Below, one piece after another: positions 10,801 to 18,639 of a stretch of DNA of 64,000 nucleotides. Each line of letters starts with the position of its first letter. Position 1 is the first letter of the stretch. The translations under genes and the position numbers were made by a program. Source of the stretch: a virus; the IMG/VR virus record IMGVR_UViG_3300015241_000015, positions 1 to 64,000 of that record; one strand, given 5' to 3'. Below the pieces are notes generated by a model, which searched no databases, had not been told where the DNA came from, and saw only the letters and a list, made by a program, of their open reading frames with translations.

Positions 10801-12736
10801 GGGACAGTTCCTCCCGCGCCTCCAGAAGATCCACATGGAAAACGGTATCAGTCCACAGCGCACCATCGAGATCGCGGATAAGACCACCCGCAAGATGAAA
10901 AAGGTGAGCGAGTATGAGGCCATGGTGATGGCGATTGAAGGGAAAGCGCCCCCGGCCAACGCCCGCATTGCCAAGGCCGCTACCCAGATTGCCGAACTGC
11001 TTAAGGACATGCACAAACTGGCCGCCGATACCGGAGTCGTGGTTGAACGATATGTGAACGGCGCCTTGAAGCATGTAAAATTCTCAGAATTCCCGTCCGA
11101 TCCAACCTACTTCCCGCACATATTCGACCCTGACTATGTGATTCGCGACTACGTGGATCCCACCACCGGCAAGAAAAGCGATATCACCCTGCGGGAACTG
11201 CTGAAGGGGAAACCGGGCGAGGCGCGCTGGAATGCCATGATTGATCGCATAGCCAAAGAAAAAGGCGTAAAGCGGTCGGAAGTCGAGGATTACTTCAAGC
11301 AACATACCCGGGATCATCCATTAGCCGGAAACGTGGAAAGATCCAGGGAACAAGACCTTGGATTCTATCTCACCACCCCGGAGGCTATGCTCAAGTACAT
11401 TGAGGAGTACTCCGAAACCATAGCGCGCACCGAGCTTTTCGGGCAGCAGCGGCAGAAACTGAACCGGATCGTATCCGATATCCCCAATCAAGGGGCGCGG
11501 GAAGTAACCACGGAGATCATGGACGCTCTACTGAGCCAGCGCATCATGAGCCACGAGGAACGGGCCATCATGAAAGTCGCGGCCAACGAGGCTGTGATTA
11601 CCACCATGACCACCTCGTCGATCAAAGCCATGACCCACTCAGTCTGGGCCGCGCTGCACACCAATACCCGCGCATTTTTGACGAGCCTCGGGAGAGCGGC
11701 GCTGTGGGACCGAAAATTGGCCCGCAGTCTATTCCAGGGTTCAGGTGCGGGCGCCGAGCATTACCGGAATGGAGTGCTTGATAGCTATGGCGCCAGCAAA
11801 GGAACTCTCGCGTCTGGATTTCTTAAATTTACCGGCTTCCATAAAGCTTTCAATTTTGCCCGGCTGGTGGTGGATGGATCCGCACGCCACTTCATGGAAG
11901 TAACTGCCTTACCAAAACTGATGAAGGGCGGGAAAGGCGCTGAATACTATCGCCGGGCATTGAAAGAAACCTTCCTGTTTGAAGACGGGCAGATCGACAA
12001 GGCCATCGCGGCTGGATCGTGGAGTGCAGACGAACTAAATTGGGGCGCCAAAGCCCTGGTGGACCGGACTACTTACTCCCACAGTCCACTTGAATTGCCC
12101 CCAGCATGGAGATCAACTGCTGGTACTCCAGCGGCTGGCGTTGGTCTCGCGGTGCTCCGCCAATCCACGTTGCTTAAGGGCTACACCTACAAAACCTGCA
12201 CCATGTTGACCGACCGGCTCTACCGTGAGGCCAGGAAAGGCAACTGGAGGCCGTGGATCCCCTTTCTAACGTTGGTTCCAGCCCTGGGGTCGGCCATTGT
12301 CGGAGCCAATCAACTGCTGCGAACAGCGCTGGGCGCTCCAGCGCCAGAAAACGACGAAGAGTCTGGCCCCTGGAGTGAGATCAAGCATTACGCCGAAAAC
12401 ATTGGGCACATGATGGGAATCGCCATCGTGTTCAACATCCTGGACCGCAAAGAAAAGGACGAGAACTACCAGCCCCTTGGGGATATCTCCGAGTACATTG
12501 CCGGAAAGCCAGCCATGGATACGTATCGAACACTCGTAGGGATGCCCTTAGGCATTGCTTACGCCAAAGACGCCAAGACCTCAAGGGGCAGGACCGCAGA
12601 GGAGAAGCGGTGGAAAATTGCTGGAGACTATGTTGGAGACGTATACCCACTTGTCAGACCGTTCGTGAAAACATTGGAGCCGGAGCCGAGACGGAAATCG
12701 CACCGTTACCAGATGACCCCAACTCCAAGGGAATAG
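1877..12736 (+). CDS. Giant polyvalent phage protein (DarB-like architecture): SLT lytic transglycosylase, possible ParB-like region, zincin metallopeptidase, SF2 helicase
   Basis: 3619 aa. SLT motifs AIAKQETGF...GLFQLMP...YFGGPG; HEWAH zincin motif; Walker A APTGGGKT, DEIG, SATP and motif-VI-like QGLGRFWR. Confidence 0.8.
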   Translation: MPEVASYTPEEAQAKLLALTRPDAGIAAPRAPTAPTQKNTVTPPPVTTAALRPPAPPEPPKAPPPDLPSPTVSGLTNAKARVAEINKIGADAYAKKYSLPGSVQEPQSSSSDPQDVRSRITAEAQRQGLDPNIALAIAKQETGFKHKVNGRVVLGPLTRNGYHAHGLFQLMPYRFPNINIDDEGANTTAGIGLLKELSNKYNGNLNLIAGEYFGGPGAIGKHGEILDSSPLTQQYARDVQGKFASIHQDASGPQQPQSDLAKAKARVMEINQIGASAYAKKYSLSEPAAEQSESQEPSEQGVPNPLTSPLQFFGWLDEKWMQGARWTSNKLFQNDLTDRAAIEEQSKNPNLSPADREFFVYQLHVFDVNMRAEDDEMNMHWGSKTESEREAYKFRRGWDTRSLAGKAVWEATAEVFNPSNMAIMAATAGGSVIAEAVGAVRPVLGRALKVGLLGANTAFALKLSAGQIQGAYEAYQKNDLPGVIENAGMVAGTLLAVGAGAYEGKQKNRAAREQATRDKTLFVAEVLKAVQDHPGLQEELNKQGVPIPQLTKEQLQAAIDHIHKVNADIKKREGERNTKLKKMADQGVSPAPAAPSDEDLADPRKRLAGTPPPELQPGHVKSLLTAAPGMTEEQVREQIATPTRQRQLQPTPEIPIESLNDRDSRLLDSSAYGQWLDHHIAKAAGDMARMLKLVEITTQRHEYELAYHLTEEIQSKIKTDAEPTVASKEQALKLERYQRLLKWHMSEPSVAPIETNFVSMTAEERAVKRQEYAEEEGRAILVREREARITALEDQKKRVQDEIAAFRERATKVQDQRRVGPAPSPEQLEFDAVGQELERIAHSNMHVDADEMESQLRQGKSTPLSADEKHFTELQKKRKQLLDLLDPQKPQKPLFEHVALEAELTEREQALREIEARLAYEATHATTPEEAIEKGQRAEEARKLAAQLKADRDKTEAERLASRAKQQEFPRGEPIAVHVGMPVTLTLASGQEVSGHWAVVRGGEVIASHDPFTFHRNDRFIHQDLNPINYEDENFHEAREIVKSRGKNPDLDEIHNTRETNAAPVLSPDGQVLGNTATFLEAMRIHSQKGQSEAIAADLLRKAYQFGLDPDAIPHATDKPVLVFMLDERPTDLGGLMELTSGLLRPEDITMTEAEQGVQSGYRVSGDTLNWVSEAFKGMGDQAFVRNLPPVQAAELVDRMIKDGVIGQAERGAYINEDGELTPKAIQVVENALMGKVIPDANALAGMPRGVFIRLSQAMAPLLKMRLEAPIWNIGDYLHQAIRNWTRIEKMGDTLDGYGQSGDSKSTLWYNYQNSKLIPGEADHPIVEALTKLLEESPKTIEKALSGYIGEVDGKQTGWQFEPGMEPAESFNWHIANDMGVEVKASEWGTLEPAYEEPKPEAKSKARGKIKAAKGKKAEAPKAAEPEKPSPTGPTMADVDTKLRGMSEEDLDREYEHGAAADGTDDPYVVAVGKELRRRQTEPVVQPEKPPVSPMEPTPEEKAKEDFTKEVQEVIRVNGPITRDQFVDILTRHPNFSMGKATDLVTFVEKGVRRVWNMSLDEYLAQAFGAVELMGEGPKSPVEEEVSVLGQLGKKKGMAPTPKASVDGPKGAVEFLADGRAILHLMEHGDVSTFLHEWAHVAHRNLMGEDRVAVDKWGAQLRKEWNPKKDPAYTRWLEGAEDSHEKRVSYLAVYVQEKFARAFERFVHDGIAPNEEIRPVFERLRDWMREVYENVSMQGSSLDVKIPADIRRLFERMAGGTPEDLEVPGEKAGAGTALMSQTPSAIQTLTKEQQRVLDKYLSVVKWDSKGEKIDTWKKKLTSKERDILYTIPYDAQPLEAFGPRVRDIIQWERDHPEHEKAMQGKSGVDAAVKAFEEHPVHFKNNPNVNHFTESQINELISKLSPAAVKRWADSEKVTPEGLTRRVKEMRRNVASLGVALRSEGDWADVPLEALRARSMVDEMFPLGKRESLDDGMTIEADLEESRPDRTILSRSIKDDERRTQERKEEEGETLTPEQRMDATEIFNHGESFSDSLDTARFRVFSDAEKAVIWARENASKTTGLKIYNLEDRSGKAFVHYAPRDPSVLFQETEPGEVERRLRAIEERLRNVGLGEQEAKRLAKMRDDLKAQQRRAGTSPDPKPGRIVKLFGPHGEELKLGGRDEEAKPGRTVSDVPAPLQDPRSPRRADEQPRDPRGTEKDRAAVGPVRGTGEGGRAGHEDERPGETLRTVQPARVDTPTKPRGTEVYDPAQWSETIETLGMPANTPPPTVRIPMWLRRMLKFPAQPEMVEAGLSGIKQHDAVVLAAPTGGGKTYMMAAMANQLVKPDMKVLVMTINKSLIRKRGDGLISVFRDFAVPLEELKSGVSDPGKPGVYAVTYSTSVSRKEIRKAKWDLIICDEIGVARNPYSETGIMMKELAGNSKKAIYISATPFHNALELYHMDKLGLWRETGFDAWGKQFGIFKDTDGKYGGSASDSLKLIKLRSQLIERGQFVSVLKNMEGFNISLAQVPLTPDQEVILANIKKGFDAAADHYTKLGPSGTALLAATRKNAATFTKKWLERIRLPQAIEMAKEMQKQGWKVAFFSETKASREDIFSFLQPANFALDGKIRALLPDLPDVPEGLFAAFGEDLANYSGPDSSHRTAELDAFNSNEKKHIYLSFAAGGMGLNAQDKMGTQPRAVIFLGPPYSGMMLEQGLGRFWRFGTKSNVHAIFMTSNAEAELNMLVSKIAPRMSSLRALVNGINNEDKFVNTLHAMRTTEQEQAAYELGNSIKFSPSEFRPIQTQAVQSWKDVKIGPAKEAMNKGLKMPDTGGPPKVGKLFQESEPPKPPEDLSIPKNTEARAEHDRQKKDIVDGKPMPGVPAGIENAPQAIRERIAEVAGVEAKAAEDGAEDSEEKVAAVQSAYKAVRSRFASLSHALGESDASVAYKAFLANLFISGHRNILNVTREAGIPQIGEKIVRWARQYEARKGQVEGQFLPRLQKIHMENGISPQRTIEIADKTTRKMKKVSEYEAMVMAIEGKAPPANARIAKAATQIAELLKDMHKLAADTGVVVERYVNGALKHVKFSEFPSDPTYFPHIFDPDYVIRDYVDPTTGKKSDITLRELLKGKPGEARWNAMIDRIAKEKGVKRSEVEDYFKQHTRDHPLAGNVERSREQDLGFYLTTPEAMLKYIEEYSETIARTELFGQQRQKLNRIVSDIPNQGAREVTTEIMDALLSQRIMSHEERAIMKVAANEAVITTMTTSSIKAMTHSVWAALHTNTRAFLTSLGRAALWDRKLARSLFQGSGAGAEHYRNGVLDSYGASKGTLASGFLKFTGFHKAFNFARLVVDGSARHFMEVTALPKLMKGGKGAEYYRRALKETFLFEDGQIDKAIAAGSWSADELNWGAKALVDRTTYSHSPLELPPAWRSTAGTPAAGVGLAVLRQSTLLKGYTYKTCTMLTDRLYREARKGNWRPWIPFLTLVPALGSAIVGANQLLRTALGAPAPENDEESGPWSEIKHYAENIGHMMGIAIVFNILDRKEKDENYQPLGDISEYIAGKPAMDTYRTLVGMPLGIAYAKDAKTSRGRTAEEKRWKIAGDYVGDVYPLVRPFVKTLEPEPRRKSHRYQMTPTPRE

Positions 12737-12738
12737 CT

Positions 12739-13422
12739 TTAGGCTGTAGGTCCAGGACTTGGATCTTGCTGTTTCTCTTTCACTAAGCCCGCTATGTACT
12801 CGACTTTGTCTAGTTTTTCCCACAAATCTACTAGGCTAAGACGGCGATGCGGTTCTGGTAGTTTCAACATCTGGTCAATCTCCCGATTGAGTTCATCGCG
12901 GGCCTGGACCTTCTGGGCGTCTCCATGTAGGCTTTCGTTGATGGTGATCTTGGCGAATTCGATAAGCCGTTGGATCTCTACTCTATGGGTGTGGTACTTA
13001 CGTTTCTGCTGTTTCAACAGGAAGCGCCTGATTTCATCGATGGTAAAGAGTTTGGTGGCGGAACGTTCCGTAGAGCCTTTAACGGCCTTGGATCCACGGC
13101 GGGCCGGGATGAGTCTCTTGGTGTTAACCAAGCCCTGGACGCAGCCCTTGCTGGTTCCAATAACTACGGCAGCCTCGGCGGTCGATAGCAGTGGGACATG
13201 CTCCAGGTGATGATCGAGTTGCTCTAAGTACTCAATGAATTTGTCGCCGGGATCGACAATGCGCCAAGCGGCCCTGATCCCGCGGCGGCTGGCTGAGCGC
13301 CCCGTTCTGATTGCTTGTAGCTTGCCGATTTTGATTAGGGCGAAAACCCGGTCAATGGTGATGCGCAGTTTCAAAGCGCATTCTTTGCTGGTAATGAATC
13401 GTACTTCCTGGTCCTCAGCCAT
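12739..13422 (-). CDS. DNA-binding protein with two excisionase/MerR-like HTH domains
   Basis: ITSKECALKLRITIDRVFALIKIGKLQA and LSTAEAAVVIGTSKGCVQGLVNTKRL. Confidence 0.6.
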   Translation of the reverse strand: MAEDQEVRFITSKECALKLRITIDRVFALIKIGKLQAIRTGRSASRRGIRAAWRIVDPGDKFIEYLEQLDHHLEHVPLLSTAEAAVVIGTSKGCVQGLVNTKRLIPARRGSKAVKGSTERSATKLFTIDEIRRFLLKQQKRKYHTHRVEIQRLIEFAKITINESLHGDAQKVQARDELNREIDQMLKLPEPHRRLSLVDLWEKLDKVEYIAGLVKEKQQDPSPGPTA

Positions 13423-14035
13423 GGTTCATAGCCTCAATATCTTGCCTTACTCTCACCATGATCTCACTGGCGAGCCAGGATAAGCCCGCGTCGTTCCAAG
13501 CTTCTGTCTTCCGCCATGCCGTGTCGTTGGTTGTGATGTAGTGGACTGTGAGTTCCAGGCCGTTGCCTGATACGCAGCCGTATTCAACGTGGAAGGAGTC
13601 TGTGGCGTCATCGGTTAGAGGGAAAATTGGAATTGGTTCATGGTTCAGATCAAGCCCAATTATCGGGCCTAGAGCCTCAGGAGCCGCTATTTGATTGAAC
13701 CCTGGATCAATAAGCCAATTGCGGGCTACCCGCGCTATGAGATGACCATTCCAGCCACGTCCAAAAGCTCGCCTACTGTCCTTGGCGGTCGCCAGTTCTT
13801 CCTCGCTCAAGCCCGAGGTGTAGGCCAGCTTCATAGCTGGGACTTCCACGACAAACTTGGTAGAAACAGGCTCAACCGGAATATCGAATGCCTGGAAAAA
13901 TTCGCAGGCAACCCGCGTCGCTGAAATGCAGGCGTTCACAGTCATAAATCGTAGCATCATTGGCATAGCCAGGGCGCAATAGCGATGGATGAGCATCTCC
14001 ACTTGGGCTTCCGATAGCTGGGCTTTAGTTGTCAT
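13415..14035 (-). CDS. Hypothetical protein
   Basis: 206-aa ORF overlapping both neighbours in operon style. Confidence 0.6.
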   Translation of the reverse strand: MTTKAQLSEAQVEMLIHRYCALAMPMMLRFMTVNACISATRVACEFFQAFDIPVEPVSTKFVVEVPAMKLAYTSGLSEEELATAKDSRRAFGRGWNGHLIARVARNWLIDPGFNQIAAPEALGPIIGLDLNHEPIPIFPLTDDATDSFHVEYGCVSGNGLELTVHYITTNDTAWRKTEAWNDAGLSWLASEIMVRVRQDIEAMNHG

Positions 14036-14285
14036 GGAATTTTCTCTTGGCCTCGTTGACCTTTACCTCAATATCCAGTGCTATCTCCTGTGCATCCTCT
14101 TCGATCCTGTCGGCCAGATCGCGGAGAATACCAGGCAGGGCCAAGATCATGGGTGGCGAGATGCTACTGACGGAGAACCCGCTGCCGTGCTTGCCTTCAA
14201 GGATCATCACGATGGCGGCCCTGGCCTCCGCCGACTCCATAGCCGCTTCCGCTAGGTGATCGTATTGGCCTTTTCCGAGTGGCAT
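14025..14285 (-). CDS. Hypothetical protein
   Basis: Likely start at MPLGKGQYD within ORF 14025..14438. Confidence 0.5.
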   Translation of the reverse strand: MPLGKGQYDHLAEAAMESAEARAAIVMILEGKHGSGFSVSSISPPMILALPGILRDLADRIEEDAQEIALDIEVKVNEAKRKFHDN

Positions 14286-14319
14286 AGGTCGTGGACCTCT
14301 TTCTTTGAACGTTTTAATT

Positions 14320-14493
14320 TTAGCTAGGGTGTTTAGTTCCATTGGGCTGGTCGGGGATAGTCCGTTTCTCCTCTTGCTTCCGCAACCAGCCACGGAGGGC
14401 ATCGCGGATGACTTCGGAGACTGAGCTATATTCCCCATTTTTGATGACTTTATTGATGGCGTCTTCCAGTTGTGGGGTGAGGGTGATGTTCAA
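14320..14493 (-). CDS. Ribbon-helix-helix protein, ParD/CopG-like (absent from the ORF track)
   Basis: TTG start after GGAGG; 57 aa MNITLTPQLEDAINKVIKNGEYSSVSEVIRDALRGWL..., matching the ParD-type RHH pattern. Confidence 0.75.
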   Translation of the reverse strand: MNITLTPQLEDAINKVIKNGEYSSVSEVIRDALRGWLRKQEEKRTIPDQPNGTKHPS

Positions 14494-14639
14494 GAGCGTC
14501 CTCCGCGAATCGAGTTATTAAACGAAATAATGGCCTAATTGTCAACTTCAAGTTGCACAATGCTAGATTATTAGCGTATTGTGAACGTTTTCAGTGCATG
14601 GAAAGGACATTCTGACGTGAAAGAAGAGAAGACCAACCA

Positions 14640-15623
14640 ATGGCCAACCAAAAAGAAGTCGACAAACTCGCAATCTACGCTCTCGGTCGTATCGACGCAT
14701 GGATTGAAAACTTTGCAAGAAGCGCGGGAGTCCCTGAAGCAGAACTTGCCCATGGGATTTATGCGTTACTTTCAGGTGCGCGGGAGGGGGCTGACCATCG
14801 CATGTCCTTTCTGTCACCGCCGCCCCCCAGTGGAGCTAATCTACGGCTACCTACGGTGGAGGTGGCTGAGCGTCCACCAAGTCAATTGCAGTCAGACTCA
14901 GAGGGTGACGAAGCCGACAGCTATGCCAGTGCGCCGAACTTCCTAAAGTCGCGTCTGCTGTTAGCAATGGTGAAGAAGATGGCCGTCAATGGGCCGGTAA
15001 CTGCGGCTGAAGCCCACGCACGCCACCCTTTCAACACCCTTGGCGCGTGGAACCGTGCCTTGCAGCGCTTGGCTAAAGAGGGCAAGTTGCGGCGAATCGG
15101 GTATGGGGAATACGTTCCAAGCCAGGACAAGCCGCGAAGCAAAACGAAGACGGTCACGCCGAAACTTGGGACAAAGAGCGAATGGAAGGCTGAGTTTCAG
15201 GCGAAGATACTGAAAGCCATGGAAGGCCGCGAGCGGATGAACCTAGCGGAGATCGCGGAAGCCGCCAAAACCAAGCAACACAATCTGTATGCTCACTTAC
15301 GGGAGATGATCGAAGAGGGGAAGATTGAGAAACTTGAACGTGGCGAGTACGGGCCGGTCAAGGATCCAGACAAAGCAAAACGGAGGGGAAGACCGCCGAT
15401 TGGGTCAACGAAGATCAAGATACAGATTCTCGAAGCCATGCAAGGCCGGCAGAAAATGACCCTGGACGAACTGGTTGCAACCTCTGACGCCAAGCATAAA
15501 CACTCGCTCTATGAGCCGTTACGGCAATTGATTGCCGAGGGGCAACTTGAAAAAATAGGCGAGGGGCTTACTGGAGTCTATGGCCCTGGAAAGAAGTTCA
15601 ACGTCCCGGGGGCGGTGGCTTAG
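14640..15623 (+). CDS. DNA-binding regulator with three winged-HTH-like repeats and an AT-hook-like RRGRPP
   Basis: Repeats ending LAKEGKLRRIGYGEY, MIEEGKIEKLERGEY and LIAEGQLEKIGEG; divergent from the RHH gene. Confidence 0.6.
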   Translation: MANQKEVDKLAIYALGRIDAWIENFARSAGVPEAELAHGIYALLSGAREGADHRMSFLSPPPPSGANLRLPTVEVAERPPSQLQSDSEGDEADSYASAPNFLKSRLLLAMVKKMAVNGPVTAAEAHARHPFNTLGAWNRALQRLAKEGKLRRIGYGEYVPSQDKPRSKTKTVTPKLGTKSEWKAEFQAKILKAMEGRERMNLAEIAEAAKTKQHNLYAHLREMIEEGKIEKLERGEYGPVKDPDKAKRRGRPPIGSTKIKIQILEAMQGRQKMTLDELVATSDAKHKHSLYEPLRQLIAEGQLEKIGEGLTGVYGPGKKFNVPGAVA

Positions 15624-15634
15624 CCCCCTTTTTT
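15607..15634 (+). terminator. Probable intrinsic terminator
   Basis: GGGGGC...GCCCCC followed by a T-run, between convergent genes. Confidence 0.55.
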
Positions 15635-16125
15635 CAGTCGTCGAGTTCCGCCCACATTTCCGCGAGCTTCACTTTAATTGAAAGCACTTGTATATCGATG
15701 GTCAATTCGCCCACAACGTGCTCGAAGTTAGGCTCTCCTCGCGCTAGGTAGGCCATCCATGCCTTACGGGTATCGGGTAGTATGATCCAGCAAACCCCCA
15801 CCCCAGCGGCCAGCAGACGTTCACACTTGTCGATTAGACTGGAACTGGAAAAGGTCTGCGAGGGGGAATAGATCTCGATGGCCAGGATGGCTGGTTCTGC
15901 CAGATCCCCGTTATCGTACACGGCCTTTCGGCTAACCACGGTGACATCCGGGACCAACCGGTCGGCGCCGCAAAGGACATTCAGTTCAGGAAGCGCTTGG
16001 TACTCGCGTGGGAGAGTGGCTGCGAAATGAACAATCAGATATTGCTGGATTCTGGCGTGATTCTTTTTGGTCAATGGTTTTGGAATCTCCTGTCCATCAA
16101 TCAACTCCATGTGGGCGGTTAGCAT
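15634..16125 (-). CDS. Uma2 (DUF820) family PD-(D/E)XK endonuclease
   Basis: ELIDGQEIPK, H..IQ, PELNV, VPDVTV, AIEIYSPS, GV..CWII.P. Confidence 0.85.
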   Translation of the reverse strand: MLTAHMELIDGQEIPKPLTKKNHARIQQYLIVHFAATLPREYQALPELNVLCGADRLVPDVTVVSRKAVYDNGDLAEPAILAIEIYSPSQTFSSSSLIDKCERLLAAGVGVCWIILPDTRKAWMAYLARGEPNFEHVVGELTIDIQVLSIKVKLAEMWAELDD

Positions 16126-16394
16126 TATTTACTCCGTTCCGTGTAGCCGTGCGCTTCCAGCCATTCGATGGCCATTACGTCTTTCTCCCAGTACTCCCAG
16201 TGCTCGGGATTGGCGTGGCGCTGGTTTATTCTTTTGAGTTTTTTGACGGGTAAATCCACAGTCCCAGCAGTTTTCGCATCGTCGCACATGAATTCTCCAT
16301 GCCAGCAGCAGGCGTGAAAACACTTGTCGCAAACCGTGATGCAAAAGTCGTCAGGCAGGACAGTGCCAGTGCGTTTCCGTGGTTCTGGACTCAT
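16125..16394 (-). CDS. Small Cys-rich hypothetical protein
   Basis: TVCDKCFHACCWHGEFMCD; overlaps neighbours. Confidence 0.55.
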   Translation of the reverse strand: MSPEPRKRTGTVLPDDFCITVCDKCFHACCWHGEFMCDDAKTAGTVDLPVKKLKRINQRHANPEHWEYWEKDVMAIEWLEAHGYTERSK

Positions 16395-16591
16395 ACCGGG
16401 GCTTTCTCCGCTGCGGGCGCTGGTCTCACCTTGCGGGGTCGGCCGCCGTTGTAACTCTTACGGGGATGGGACAACTTGGCGATGTTAGAAAAATAACTCT
16501 TGGGCTTCTGTTTCTTGGTCGCCTCGCCCCCACTTCGACCGAGATCGGTCATGTAGGCGCTATCGCGTGTGATTGCCTGTTTCTTTGCCAT
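16391..16591 (-). CDS. Small basic protein with a KGG-like motif
   Basis: YMTDLGRSGGEAT...YFSNIAK; likely start MAKKQ. Confidence 0.5.
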   Translation of the reverse strand: MAKKQAITRDSAYMTDLGRSGGEATKKQKPKSYFSNIAKLSHPRKSYNGGRPRKVRPAPAAEKAPV

Positions 16592-16674
16592 GCCTCTAAT
16601 GATACGAGCATTAGAATCTGTAAAGCAATACAAATTGCAAGCGTTCATGGCCATGACCTTTTGGGGTAAATGTC

Positions 16675-17133
16675 CTACTCCATGAACGAGATGCACTTGG
16701 GTGTAGAGCATTGGGCGTGCATATGGCCGTTCAGACTCGATACCGTGTAACGAAGGCTTCCAGTCTCGCAGGCAGGGCATAAAATCTGGCCAAAACCCCC
16801 GTTACCCTTCCCAAAGCCCACTGAATTCGCGTGATCCTTGGCGCCGAATATGGCCTTGGCCGCTTTATTCGATTCCTCCAGCGACTTGTCGGCCAATTGT
16901 CCGGCTTCTTCGCGGCTCATGATGTTGAACTTATCGCAGGCAATCACAAGACGATCGTGGATCAGTCCAGGGACGCACGGCATACAGACTTTGCCGTTCT
17001 GCTCTTGATACTTGACACCGGCCCCGCACAGTTCGTCGACAATAAACCCCGTAAAGTGCCGGCAACGGGATTGTAATTTCTCGATGCGGAATTCGCGCAG
17101 ATCAAGCGGTTCTTTTTTGGCGGTCTTGTTCAT
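16675..17133 (-). CDS. Hypothetical Cys-rich (Zn-binding) protein
   Basis: CRHFTG, CPAC, HMHAQC...C. Confidence 0.55.
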   Translation of the reverse strand: MNKTAKKEPLDLREFRIEKLQSRCRHFTGFIVDELCGAGVKYQEQNGKVCMPCVPGLIHDRLVIACDKFNIMSREEAGQLADKSLEESNKAAKAIFGAKDHANSVGFGKGNGGFGQILCPACETGSLRYTVSSLNGHMHAQCSTPKCISFME

Positions 17134-17284
17134 AGTGTAAGATCCTTTCTCCAATCCATTTACAAACTGAAACCGTACAGGCGTTGCCGAGATCTTTCTC
17201 TACCGCCCAAACACTGGTGAATCCGGCTTGGCGGAAGCCTTCACCAAAGCCCATGATTCCGGCGAATAGTGAGCCCTCAGTCAC
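17102..17284 (-). pseudogene. Internally deleted DNA cytosine-5 methyltransferase remnant
   Basis: Motif I/II (GSLFAGIMGF...AGF...WAVEKD) joined directly to motif X (LGNACTVSVCKWIGERI); catalytic PCQ and ENV motifs absent. Confidence 0.75.
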
Positions 17285-17862
17285 TTCGCTCCACAATGTA
17301 GGCAAGCCCCGCCCACTAAGACGACATCGTGTCCGCAGGCCAGGCAAGCGGTATCGGGCTCCACGCGCCGGGAACCCCGTAGTTGATTGCAAGTCAAATG
17401 CGCTGGCCAAATGGAATACACAGAATCGTCCCGGCTTCCCGCGCCCATACCCCGTGGAGCAATATGGTCAACCGAACACTCCTCCCACTTCAGTTTTCTT
17501 CCACACAGGCGGCAATGCCGGTCATAGACCAACCACACAAAGCGGCGGCGCCGTTCATACTCGTCCCGGCCCAGTTGCGTGGGCGTCATCACCTCGCGCC
17601 CGCTCTTTGTCACCAGAAACGAATCCCGCAAGGGCACATAGAGTCCCAGTCTTGCATTGGCGGTCAGGCCACGAAAACTTTCAAGCCAGTCCTGTTGCTC
17701 TTCGTTCAGAGCCATCTCTTTTTTCAGATCCACACTGCTACCCCCCGAACCGTTTGAGAAGCGCGCCCCATTCCAAAAGACGCGCTTCCCAGTGCTGCAT
17801 CGATCTCTCCCCATCTGCGAGGTACCCCCACGGTAAACACAGACAAAGCGAGTTCCCAGCAA
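17281..17862 (-). CDS. HNH endonuclease (true start probably ~17715-17733)
   Basis: CRLCG...VDHIAPR...H..CN..RG plus C-terminal CxxC pairs. Confidence 0.75.
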   Translation of the reverse strand: MLGTRFVCVYRGGTSQMGRDRCSTGKRVFWNGARFSNGSGGSSVDLKKEMALNEEQQDWLESFRGLTANARLGLYVPLRDSFLVTKSGREVMTPTQLGRDEYERRRRFVWLVYDRHCRLCGRKLKWEECSVDHIAPRGMGAGSRDDSVYSIWPAHLTCNQLRGSRRVEPDTACLACGHDVVLVGGACLHCGAK

Positions 17863-17867
17863 CCTCT

Positions 17868-18626
17868 CTACGTGGATGGCCCCGCGGCCTCAGCCATCCC
17901 ACGAATCACTTGGCCTACCACCTGATCGGCCTTGGCCATAACTTCATCGGCGCTCAGATCCCCGGAATTCCCGGTCAACAACTCATGCGCTTCCCGTAAT
18001 TGCTGGGTAGCCCGCATAGCCCGGGTCACTACCGGATTGCGGAAGCGGATTTCCGCGCAAATTAGCTCCAGAGTCCGTGATTCATCTTCGATATCCAGAT
18101 CGTGGTCTTCAGCAAACCACTTGATGGTTTCTTTGATCACTGACCTGCGGCTCTCAGGCATCCGGTACTTCAACAGCACGATGACATCAGCCTCGTCGAT
18201 CTGGTCTTCTTCAGCCCGGAATTGCCGTGTGACTTTCTCGAAGTCTTCTTCCTTCATTTCCTGGGCATTTTTAATCAACACCGTGTTGTAGCGCTGTTCC
18301 TCTGGAAGATCGATCAGGTAATCGGCGTTCTCGGCCCGTAGTTTCAAGAAGTCTTCCTTGGGAAGCTTCTTCAAGCTCTCGGCCAAGCGCACATAGCGGA
18401 ACCAAGTGGACCGGCCTACGCCCAGATGCTGGCGAAATTCGCTTTCCCCATCAAAGCCCATGGCCTGGAACAAGCGCTCACGTTTAACCTCGGCGCCGAT
18501 CCAGCCCACCAGCAGAGAGGAACGGCAGGACGATTGGGCGGCGGCCGTAGCCTCTTTCAGCAGCGCCGTGGCCCGACGCTTCAGCGTAGCGGGGCTATTA
18601 TCTTCAACTATTTCTAATGTTCCCAT
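17868..18626 (-). CDS. Hypothetical helical protein, possibly DNA-binding
   Basis: GAAGGAG RBS; GF..ESEFRQHLGVGRSTWFRYV is HTH-like. Confidence 0.55.
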   Translation of the reverse strand: MGTLEIVEDNSPATLKRRATALLKEATAAAQSSCRSSLLVGWIGAEVKRERLFQAMGFDGESEFRQHLGVGRSTWFRYVRLAESLKKLPKEDFLKLRAENADYLIDLPEEQRYNTVLIKNAQEMKEEDFEKVTRQFRAEEDQIDEADVIVLLKYRMPESRRSVIKETIKWFAEDHDLDIEDESRTLELICAEIRFRNPVVTRAMRATQQLREAHELLTGNSGDLSADEVMAKADQVVGQVIRGMAEAAGPST

Positions 18627-18639
18627 GGTGACTCTCCTT

